Assembly: GCF_001194135.2 (NCBI RefSeq)
Contig: NC_068981.1
Span: 93,541,654 to 93,589,250 of the forward strand
DNA from: Octopus bimaculoides
Taxonomy: Eukaryota
Reading direction: 5' to 3'
Length of the DNA stretch: 47,597 nt
Both the position numbers and the translations under genes were made by a program. This document shows, piece after piece, positions 37,669 through 47,597 of the stretch. Position 1 is the first letter of the stretch. Each line of letters opens with the position of its first letter. Below the pieces are notes generated by a model. It was not told the origin of the DNA. It was given only the letters and a program-made list of their open reading frames with translations, and made no database searches.

Positions 37669-37840
37669 ATATATACACGGCAAGCTTCTTTCAGTTTCCG
37701 TCTATCAAATCCACTCACAGGGTTTTGCCCGGCCCAAGGCTATAGTAGAAGACACTTGCCCAAGGTGTCATGTAGTGGGACTGAACACGGAACCATGTGG
37801 TTGGGAAGCAAGCTTCTTACCGCACAGCCACTCCTACGCC
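37669..37840 (-). mobile_element. SINE family B (tRNA head + CORE-like domain), well preserved
   Basis: Reverse complement GGCGTAGGAGTGGCTGTGCGGTAAGAAG...GTGTTCAGTCCC...CACCTTGGGCAAGTGTC; ACCTTGGGCAAGT is the CORE-SINE hallmark. Confidence 0.85.
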
Positions 37841-37936
37841 TAATTATGTTCACTTTTTTATTTAATACTCAATCATCAATAGTAATGAAACTACTTAAAT
37901 TCATGTATCAAATTTTAGAAAAACAAACTTGAAAAA

Positions 37937-38153
37937 AGCGGCGAGGTGGCAGAAACGTCAGCACGCCGGGCGAAATGCTTAGCGGTATTTCGTCTGTTTT
38001 TACGTTCTGTGTTCAAATTCCGCCGAGGGCCACTTTGCCCTTCATCCTTTAGGAGTCGATAAATTAAGTACCAGTTGCGCATTGGGGTTGATTTAATCGA
38101 CTGGCTCCCTCCCCAAACCTTTCGGCCTTTGTGCCTAGAGTAGACAAGAAAAT
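37937..38153 (+). mobile_element. SINE family A with 12-bp TSD
   Basis: Full length; AAACTTGAAAAA at 37925-37936 and 38154-38165. Confidence 0.9.
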
Positions 38154-39344
38154 AAACTTGAAAAATGGAACGCGTGTTGAGAAAACAAAGACATTTTGTT
38201 TATTTTGTTTTTCATAGACTACGTAACAACATACTCGAAATCTGTCCTTTGTTCAACCGTTTGGTACTCGGAAATATTTCGACAATGCTTTGGACTTATT
38301 GCTACAAAGAAACGTTGAATATAAGTTGTTCGTCACAATGGTATCTTATATTCAGTATTGAGCATTTTTTAATATTCTGATGAAGATTTTAATTTGTCAA
38401 ATCGAGGAGACAATAGCTCAAAACGATTGTTTTAGAATAGAATTCCAATGAAATGATATGTTTAATTTCTCTGAAATTCAAAGATCTCAGTCATCATTAC
38501 TCTGAATATAAGCTTGCGCATGTTCTATTTTAATAAAATTTTTATATTTTCTCATATTGTTAGGTTTTAACCTTCATATATCTTTTGAAAATATGCTACA
38601 ATTGATTAAGTCTTAAAAGAATTTTCAATCAACTTAATATGATAAAAACACTTAGATATTGCAAAAATCTTTTTCATGATAAACAATGAATTTTGAAAGA
38701 CAAATTATTTATTGAGCAGTTTACAGGTTTAAAACAATTAACCGAAAGAGAAGAAATGATTATTTTCTGAATATTGAATATCAATATTTGTTCTTTAGCA
38801 AACTTTTCTCTGAAACTTTCTTTTCTATCGCTAAAAAATTCATAGCTTATTTTTTCAAGACTAAGCTTGCTGCCTCGAGAGGGACAACTTGAGGTAAAAG
38901 GCCTCGCTCGAGACCGATCAGACGAGCCATTTTCTCTCGATTTGTTTGTTTTTTTCTTTTCTCCCTTTGCTTACATAGATATCAAATCATGTAGCCCACC
39001 TACTGGTCAATAAAAGTTATAGATATTTGAAGACGCATAAACGCTAAATGAAGCAGTAAGCCGAATAATTTTGCTTCGTGGTTTTTTCTGTCTTTGACTC
39101 ATCATTATCGTTATCATAATAACCATAANNNNNNNNNNGATCAGACGAGCCATTTTCTCTCGATTTGTTTGTTTTTTTCTTTTCTCCCTTTGCTTACATA
39201 GATATCAAATCATGTAGCCCACCTACTGGTCAATAAAAGTTATAGATATTTGAAGACGCATAAACGCTAAATGAAGCAGTAAGCCGAATAATTTTGCTTC
39301 GTGGTTTTTTCTGTCTTTGACTCATCATTATCGTTATCATAATA

Positions 39345-39426
39345 ACCATAATACTAATAATAATAATGAGAAGAAGAAGAAGAAGAAGAAGAAGAAGAAG
39401 AAGAAGAAGAAGAAGAAGAAGAAGAA
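39345..39426. repeat. (AAT)(GAA)n tract
   Basis: Directly visible. Confidence 0.95.
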
Positions 39427-39429
39427 AAT

Positions 39430-40415
39430 CAGCCTGCAGAGGATCGCGGTTACCGTCAGGAAAGACCATGGGTGAACCCGACGGTAGGGGTATAGATATT
39501 TAGGGATTTTGGAGCTGGATGAAATCTACACAGAGAAATGAATTTAGTGAGGTGTATCAAAAAAGGGTGAAGATGGTGTTGAAAGCCAACCTGGATGCCA
39601 AAAATTTGATTACTGCAATGAATATCTGGGCAGTTGCGGTGGTCAGATGTAATGCGTCCATCCTCAAATGGACTAAGGAGGAAATACCAACACTGTATAG
39701 AAGGACGATAAAGTTGATGACGCTGTATGGAACACAACACCCTAAAGCAAACGTAAACAGACTGTATATAGAAAGAAAGAACGGTGGCAGAGGACTAATT
39801 AGTATAGAGCATTGTATAAGGAGTGAAAGGAGAACGCTTACCGAGTATTTGATAAATAGTGATGAAGACCTGCTGCAATATGCCGCGAAAGATATGGGTG
39901 TAAATGCAGATGAAATGATGGGCAAGGAAGATCTGCAGAGAAGAGAAAAGAAGACCTTGAAATGAGAATGCATGGACAGTTTCAGGACGTTAAGGATAAT
40001 ACAGCATCGTGGGCATGGCTTGAGCGAGGTGATTTGAAGCGTACCACCGAAAGGCTGATCATCGCTGCACAAGAACAGGCTCTCGCTACCAAGTCAGTGA
40101 AGTATAATATCTAGAAAACTTCTGATACCCAGAAATGCAGACTCTGTGGAAAGAGTGTGGAAAATGTGACCCACTTGGTAAGTGGAGTGAGAGACTTGCA
40201 AAAAAGAATACAAGCGTTGCCACGATAAAGTGTGTGTGTATCTTCATTAGTTCTTATGCCGTAAATACCAATATGAAGTAACAGAGAACTGGTATGAGCA
40301 TGTACCAAGTAAAGTTATGCAGGAGGATGGAAAAATAATGATACTCTGGGACTATGATTTTCAGACAAATCGTGTAATCGAACACCGTCGGTCGGATATT
40401 GTCATATTGAATATG
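39430..40415 (+). mobile_element. R4/Dong-like LINE relic 3 (post-RT region, CCHC, start of RLE)
   Basis: YQKRVKMVLKANLDAKNLITAMNIWAV, HPKANVNRLYIERKNGGRGL, IIAAQEQAL, KCRLCGKSVENVTHL, WYEHVP, ILWDYDFQTNRVIEHRRSDIVI. Confidence 0.9.
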
Positions 40416-40442
40416 ACTACTACTAATAATAATAATAATAAT

Positions 40443-40503
<61 letters not shown>
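40416..40503. repeat. (ACT)(AAT)(TAG)n tract
   Basis: Directly visible. Confidence 0.95.
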
Positions 40504-40504
<1 letters not shown>

Positions 40505-40591
40505 AGGCGGTGAGCTGGCAGAACCGTTAGCGCACCAGGTGAAACGCTCAGCGACATTTCATGTCTTTACGTTTTGAGTTCAAATTCCATC
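40504..40591 (+). mobile_element. SINE family A head only
   Basis: GGCGGTGAGCTGGCAGAACCGTTAG...GAGTTCAAATTCC, then the homology breaks off. Confidence 0.8.
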
Positions 40592-42873
40592 GCTGACATA
40601 ATGGTGGAAATTCCATCCATTATGTCAGCTGTTCACTAAGATAACATCCCTTATTTTTCGAGCACCATCCGGAGTATTCGAGCGGTTCCATGCAGTACTG
40701 ATTTCTGCAAGTGCTCAACCCTTATTGCAGCCCCTATTTGTTCCATGTACTTCTCAAGATTTTTACTCACTGTTTCCAGGGATCCGACAATTATTGATAC
40801 TACTGTCACTTTTTCAGCGACCACAACTGCTTATCCTCCCAAGCTAACTTGTCATATCTATCGGCTTTTCTTTCTTCCTTATCGCATACCTTGTTGTCAG
40901 CTGAGCATGTGATATCTATGATCCAGCATCGTTTGTTTATTTTTTCTCAATTAACACTTTGTCTGGTTTCCTATTCTCTATCTCATGGTCGCATTTAGTC
41001 ATAAAATCCCATACGATATTTGCATTACCATTTTCGATGATGCCTTCGGTTTTATGTTCGTACCACTTTTTTGCTCTGTCAGGTCCATACGTCTTGCAAA
41101 GTGTCCAATGGACAATCTTTTCTATCTTGTGGTGACGTCTCTTATATTCTTTCTGGTTAGTGACGTCCATTGACTGGTAATATACCATACAGTTTCATCA
41201 TTTTGTGTACAAATTCTGCACTTACCACTTTCTGATGTGTTGTCTATTCTGTATTTTATGTAATTCGTTCTTAATGCTTGCTCTTAGGCAGAACAGATTA
41301 GAGCCTCCGTTTCTGGATTTAAATCAATTTTAGTAACCCATAGTCATCTTTTTTTCTCTGTCTGTCTTATTTTCAGCATCCCTATGAAATTTTCCATGCA
41401 TTCTTTTCTTTATACACCTATTTTCAGTTTCATTCATTCTCATGTACTTGTACGGTGTTTTATCTTTGTAATCTTCCTTCACAAACCTGACCTGCTTACT
41501 TCCAACGATGGCTGTTTTGTGGCATTTTTTACATACCATGCTATGTTGTTTTCTTCTCCTTTAATGCTGTGTTCACATCTAATCACTCTCCACCCTTTTT
41601 TCTTGATTCATACAGACTATTTGTGTCACTTTTTGGGTGGAGTATATCATGTCTAGTCAGCGACTTCCTTGCCTTTCTGTCTAAATTGTTTAGTTCGTCT
41701 ACTGTCCATGCGATTACCCATGCTTCATATCTAAGGAGTGAAACCGGCCAGGCGTTGATAATAGCTTCAATCTTATTTCGTCCATTTAATTTCGACTTTA
41801 GGATCAGTCTCAGTCTGCGCATGTACTCCATCTTACATTTCTTTGTCATTTCTTTCTCCATGACGTTATCCATTTCCAATATCCCCAAGTACTTGTAGCC
41901 CGTCTCTTCTACCTGCTTCATCACCTCCTCCGACGGTATCACTAACCCGTCCATTACCTTTGGTTTTGCTTCTCTTCAAGACTAATACACCATACTTTTT
42001 CAATCCGAACTCCATTCTGATATCAGCACTGAAAGTATACATTGTATCAATGACGGAACTGACTTTGGATTCATCTTTACCATAAAGGTGAGGTCATCCA
42101 TAACAAATGGTTGACTTTTTGTTGGCGGCTCTTGAATACATACCCAGCCATTGCTTTCCTCAGAATCAGTGGTAGTGGTATCATGCACAGTGCAAAGATT
42201 AGTGGGGACAGGCAGTCTCCTTGGAAGATGTCTCTCCTACTTTCTACTGTCCCTAAACTTCTTCCATATGCTGCCAGTTCTGTAGCAATCGCTCAACATT
42301 TAATGCAATACTAAATAGGTTCATACACTCCATAATCCAAGAATGTGGGATCGTATCGTATGCCTTACGATAACCGGTCCATGCCATGGCTAAGTTACTA
42401 TTTCCTCCTCTTTCAGTCTCTAAGTACAGTTTTGTCTACCAGGAGTTGATCCCTTGTACCTCTGCACTTACGCTTGCAACCCTTCTGCTGATGTGGCAGG
42501 ACTCCATTTTTTCTAGATGTCCTTGAATTGACTCTGCGACTATTCCAGTCAATAAATGTCCACATAAGTGGCAAGCAGGATATCGGCCTGTAATCGTCTA
42601 CCGTACGCCTTTTTCGATGTTTTTCAAGCACAGCAGTGTCCTACCTGTTGTCAACCACTCTGGTGTTACTTGGTCGGCATTTAACAAGGTGTTGAGTTGT
42701 GCAGCTATTCGTGCATGATATTCACCAAAGCTTTTCATCCAGTAGCCTTAAATGCCATTCTTTGTAGGATCTCTTCTGATCTACTCTGAATAAGCCATTC
42801 TGCTGGTATCCTTTCATTCTTTGGTCGTATCTTACCATCTTTGCTTTCTTTGCAATGAGGCGCTGTTTCAGTT

Positions 42874-43084
42874 GGTGCGAAGACAATTCGTCCCCGGCTA
42901 TTTCGTCGTCGGTTACTTTATCCCCGTTCAATTCGTTGTTGATCAATTCATCCCCAAGTCAATTTGTCGGTGGCCAATTCATCCCAAAATACTTTTAATA
43001 TGATTTTCGAGGGCAAGATTAGAAGAATCAATTGAGAATGAAAATTGTTGCTGAACATTTTTAGATATTTTTTCCTTTCTTTAA

Positions 43085-43116
<32 letters not shown>

Positions 43117-44865
43117 CNNNNNNNNNNNNNNNNNNNNNNNNNNNNNNNNNNNNNNNNNNNNNNNNNNNNNNNNNNNNNNTATATATATATATATCCCTTT
43201 CTCTCTCTTAAGTATCTGCGCTAAACAGTTTACGAACAGAGATTTTCAAGTAAATCGAATTAAATTTATTCAATACGCCTATCCATCAACATGACTACCT
43301 GCAATATTATAACTTCAGAGAAAGGAAAAATCAAAGTGGTCGATCAAGAAAATTATATATACACAAAAACGTAGCAAAATGTAGATGGATTGAAGATATA
43401 CTGGAGATACGAAAATCGTGTGTGCAAAGTGAGACTTCATACAGATGAAAATTATAAAGCGCTTAAGAAGATTGGAATCCATAATCACGCTTCAAATGCT
43501 GCAGAGGTAAATGCAAGGATAATAGTTTCAAATATTTAAGTAAATATTATCTCGTGATGCCCCTCGCTCAACAATCACTAGTGAAGTTCAGAATTTAAAC
43601 GACTGTACATTGTTGCAAATACTTCCGTTTGCACAGCTTAATAGGAATATTAGGTGTTGAAGGCAAGCTGGTTCCAACTATCCTGCCACCCCACTTACAG
43701 ATTTTGGCTTTCCATTCCAAGTGAATGTTAGGTTTTCCATCCCTACCTTGACAATGATGAAACGTTTTTACAGTATTGACAGCGAGATGGAAGATTCAAA
43801 ATGAATATTAATATTTGCAAGTGACGAAGCACTTCGACAGTTAAAACAGCACAAGAACTGGGTGGCATGTGGAACATTTAACTGCTGCACTTGTATATTT
43901 TTTCAGTTATATATACTTCACATTCAAATTGATAATTTTAATGCCCCACGATTGTGCGCATTGTTCTCTGACAAAAGTCAAGACATTTTATAGACTTTTT
44001 GCCAAAATAAATAGATTGCTGCAGTATGAAGGACCTGGTAATATAATTATGGATTTCGAAAAAGCAGCCCATAACGGATTTCTGGAATCGTTTCCTGGGT
44101 CGAATTTGGCATGCTTCGTGTTTCATTTAAGATAAAATGTGTACGAGCATGTTGTGCAAAAAGGACTAAAAAGCAGATATTCATGACAGTTTTAGTCTAA
44201 AAATGTGTTTATTGCCTTTGCCTTCCTGCCGGTTGCTGATGTTGGAGATAGATATGAACAACTTGTAGATGATGATGATATTCCACAGTCGGTTGTATCC
44301 TATTTTAAAAATAATTATATAAGACCACCTAGAGGAAGAGAACAGAGGAGGCGACGCCTTGAACCTCCATTACCTATATGGAATGTTTGGGATCGATGTA
44401 TGACGGGGATTTCTCTAGTTTAGAAGCTTACCAAAGCACGCTGAAAGACAGTGAATATTAGTCATCCAAATATTTGGGAACTTACTGATGTGATTAAGTG
44501 TGAGGAAAGGTTTGCCAGTACCAAACTGCATGAGTTTATGCAAGAAGAACCAAGCCAAAAGTAAAAGTACAGAGGTATGAATCTGCGTATAAAAATGTCA
44601 TAGAAAAATATGATCCAAGCCAAGAATTTTTTTCTAAAAGCAATTGCACACAATCTGAAATTGTAAAAAAACATAAATATATAATACAGCAAACCTTAAA
44701 ATAAGCGTTTTTTTTTAATTCAGGTATTCGTTCTTCCCTTTTTTTCCTATGATCACGACTAATTGACTGACGACAAATTGACCTGGGGACGAATTGACCA
44801 ACGATGAATTGACTGGAGACAGATTAAACGATGACAAATTGTCGTCGACGAATTGACCGGACACC
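42874..44865 (+). mobile_element. Mutator-like (MULE) DNA transposon, complete ends
   Basis: Imperfect ~110-bp TIRs starting GGTG; 9-bp TSD GTTTCAGTT (42865-42873) / GTCTCAGTT (44866-44874); internal transposase relic. Confidence 0.9.
43291..44666 (+). pseudogene. FLYWCH + MULE transposase pseudogene
   Basis: MTTCNIITSEKGK...YIYTKT*...IYWRYENRVCKVRLHT...GIHNH (FLYWCH); IFAS...WVACGTF...FFQLYILH; DFEKAAHNGFLESFPG...FHL; ends FLKAIAHNLKL*. Stops are present and the first catalytic Asp is lost. Confidence 0.85.
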
Positions 44866-45705
44866 GTCTCAGTTCCACCATTACCATTTTCAGGCCCTTT
44901 CTTTCCATATCATACTTCCTGTTCAGTAACCTGTATTTTTGTTGGCTTTTAAGCTTCCCCTTGTCTTTTCGGTCTAACACAGAACTGTTCTTCGAGAGCA
45001 TATCTAACCCCGCCTGCATTCTTCCTTTCCACCATGGATCTATTCATTTGTCACTGCCATTATTTTTTTTTTTTTTTNNNNNNNNNNCATTATTTTTTTT
45101 TTTTTTAAATCAACACCCACATTTTCTGCTACAACAATACTTGTTGGCTTGATCAAATTATTTGTCTCCGTGATGTTTTTTTGTTCTGATGTATTTCAGA
45201 ATTTCATTCACAATTTTCGTTTCTTGATTTAATTTTCCTCCGATTAACCTTTTTAAGGTTGAAAATAATGTCGCTATCGTTCTCTGGTAGCTGTGCTTTT
45301 ATTCTGTCGTAGATTGCCTTTTGCACATCTGTCATGTCACCATTAGTTTATTGTCTTCTTCCAAACCATTTATATGTCTCTCATTGAGCAAGCTATCACT
45401 GTCCCTTTCCCGTGTTTTATTAGAGATCTCACCTCTGTTTTCTGCTACGAGATTACTTTTATGAATAAGAACTGTATTTCTATCGTTTCTTCTGCTGTTG
45501 GTTTCCAATACCCATCCTTTAATTGCTTCGAGCTCTACTTCTGTGAACCAACGATTTTTTTATTGTTCTAGCTTTGAACACATAATCTCTGTTCCGTGAG
45601 TTGAAACAATCCTCTTTCTCTCCATTGATCATACATACGTTGTCGGTATCCCCTAATATGAGTACCATTTTCGTCTACAGGGTTGCTCAGGTAGTAACAC
45701 TACAT

Positions 45706-45725
45706 TATTATTATTATTATCATCA

Positions 45726-45786
<61 letters not shown>

Positions 45787-45804
45787 CATCATCATCATCA
45801 TCAT
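45706..45804. repeat. (TTA)/(TCA) tract
   Basis: Directly visible. Confidence 0.95.
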
Positions 45805-46368
45805 TGAATAAACGAGAGCAATGCATGCAATCGAAGTGACACTAGGATACAAATAAATGACGCCCAATATACCCATCATGACTACCCCTCTGATGAGGGC
45901 AGACCAGACTCATGCATCACAACCACATGTGCAGAACATGGTGATCCGACATCGAGATTAACAGCGCATAACCTTGCAGGTGGGGGCCTAGTTAGAATAT
46001 TCTTTCTTCAAGTGGAGTAGACCATTCGCTCAAAAGGTCCCTGAATAACGGTTGTTTAACGATGTTCAACGAAACACCCATGTTTTCAGAGGTGGATGAT
46101 TCAAACCCCAATGAATTCCTCTCAACACATGGCTTTGATGCTTCGCCACAACTACTGCTTGTGATCAGAGATGCACATATCGTCAGCCACTAAGGGACAT
46201 GTTCAACCGGTTAAGATCAAACAAGTGACAAGCAAATCTATGGTACAGAGCAGAATATTTGGTGTAGCCCATCTTTATACCAAGACAAAACACGTACATG
46301 ATAACACTTCTAATCAGTTAAGATGAGGAGCCATGAGAGTCACTGCCTGGTACTGCATCAGAGCATTT
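45805..46368 (-). mobile_element. TAA-flanked module copy C (longest, ~565 bp)
   Basis: Reverse-complement homology to 32448-32798 and 32881-33214; (TAA)/(TGA) tracts on both sides. Confidence 0.85.
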
Positions 46369-46484
46369 ATTATTATTATTATTATCATCATCATCATCAT
46401 CATCATCATCGTCATCATCATCATCATCATCATCATTATTTTTATTACTATTTGTTGGTATTGTTGTTGCCGGTGGTGGTGGTG
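46369..46484. repeat. (TTA)(TCA)(GGT) tract
   Basis: Directly visible. Confidence 0.9.
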
Positions 46485-46854
46485 NNNNNNNNNNNNNNNN
46501 NNNNNNNNNNNNNNNNNNNNNNNNNNNNNNNNNNNNNNNNNNNNNNNNNNNNNNNNNNNNNNNNNNNNNNNNNNNNNNNNNNNNNNNNNNNNNNNNNNNN
46601 NNNNNNNNNNNNNNNNNNNNNNNNNNNNNNNNNNNNNNNNNNNNNNNNNNNNNNNNNNNNNNNNNNNNNNNNNNNNNNNNNNNNNNNNNNNNNNNNNNNN
46701 NNNNNNNNNNNNNNNNNNNNNNNNTTTGTTGTTATTGTCACCGTTGTTATTTTTGGAGGTGTTGCTGTTTTGTTTGCTCTTTTGAGATTTATTTTTTTTA
46801 ATGTTTTGTTCCCGCTACCTTCTATAATCATAGGAAAAGGATTAGCGAATTCCA

Positions 46855-46890
<36 letters not shown>

Positions 46891-47504
46891 CTTCTGTAAG
46901 GGAAGGTTCTGGAAGTTGAAATGATTGGTATTGAGTTTGGTTTCCTGTGTCTGGAATGTAGAAAGTTTACTTGGTCTGCCAGCCATAGCTCTGAACAGGT
47001 GAATTATTTTCGACCTCTAAACAGGTCAGCCAAATTATGTTTTGATAAGCAGAGATAAGTATGATTGCTATCATACTAGTTGTTTGATTGGTCTCTGTGA
47101 AACTGCTGGTAGCGGATTGGGGACAAATCATAGGAGGTCGGTGTCGGATTGGAAGGAGATCGAGAATAATATTTAAGAGATGAGAAACAGGTAAAACAAC
47201 GGCAAAATATAGGCTTTATTAGCCGGTAGGACCATATAAATATAAAGCAAAGATGGAGACAACAAATAGCATACGACGTTGTGAGTGATTTTACGTAACG
47301 TTCTTTGATTTCCACTTGTTCGCCGACTACAAAAACACTATGTACATCACTCAAATCTTCACCCTGTCAGACAGGTTTTTTTTGCTTTTTTCTTTGTTTC
47401 AAGCACTTCTACATACGTATATATTCGCTGTTTTGATCTCTTTCTTTTTTTATATTTATATAGTCCCTCCGACCTATAAAATATATATTTTTGCCTTTGT
47501 TTTG

Positions 47505-47597
<93 letters not shown>
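47505..47597. repeat. (TTA)n tract
   Basis: Directly visible. Confidence 0.97.

Larger units (their letters stand above)
40630..45705 (-). mobile_element. near-complete R4/Dong-like LINE relic 4, interrupted by a MULE
   Basis: N-terminal CYYLSNPVDENG..RGYRQRM...TEQRL; RT motifs DYRPISCLP, QQKGCKRKCRGTRDQLL, FQGDCLSPLIF, MDDL; LKSKLNGRNKIEAI; CCHC CRIC; RLE KWYEHK...VWDF...RKPD; end LQKSVLHGTARILRMVLEK*. Multiple stops and frameshifts. Confidence 0.92.

Noticed and set aside
3146-37745. Long ORFs in the track (200-420 aa)
   Set aside because: They run through N gaps; the X residues are not sequence.
38916-39351. Perfect ~213-bp tandem duplication
   Set aside because: The copies are identical and straddle a 10-N gap; most likely an unmerged contig overlap.
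45706-46368. Module C as the 5' UTR of R4 relic 4
   Set aside because: The ORF begins mid-domain at the TAA tract, and another module copy abuts a different ORF position.

Overview
AT-rich, microsatellite-dense eukaryotic DNA with many N gaps. The SINE families and (TAA)n-associated LINEs match what I recall of Octopus repeats; the species is inferred and was not database-checked. No intact host gene can be supported, and nearly all supplied ORFs are artefacts of gaps, microsatellites or TE relics. The window is a layered transposon landscape. It holds four distinct R4/Dong-like RLE-endonuclease LINE relics abutting TAA/TAG tracts, an RTE LINE, a HERO-like LINE 3' end, Penelope-like relics, three mariner relics, a pogo/Tigger-like relic and many tRNA-derived SINEs. 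A complete MULE (FLYWCH plus MULE transposase relic, ~110-bp TIRs, 9-bp TSD) is nested inside one R4 LINE. The most novel-looking items are: a ~565-bp non-coding module seen three times, always flanked by (TAA)n and once fused to an R4 3' end; a 214-bp fold-back containing a pre-miRNA-like hairpin; an RFX X-box plus CRE cluster; a long-TIR MITE; a decayed hammerhead-like motif; and a few weak exon candidates. All alignments and translations were done by eye, so boundaries of degraded elements are approximate.
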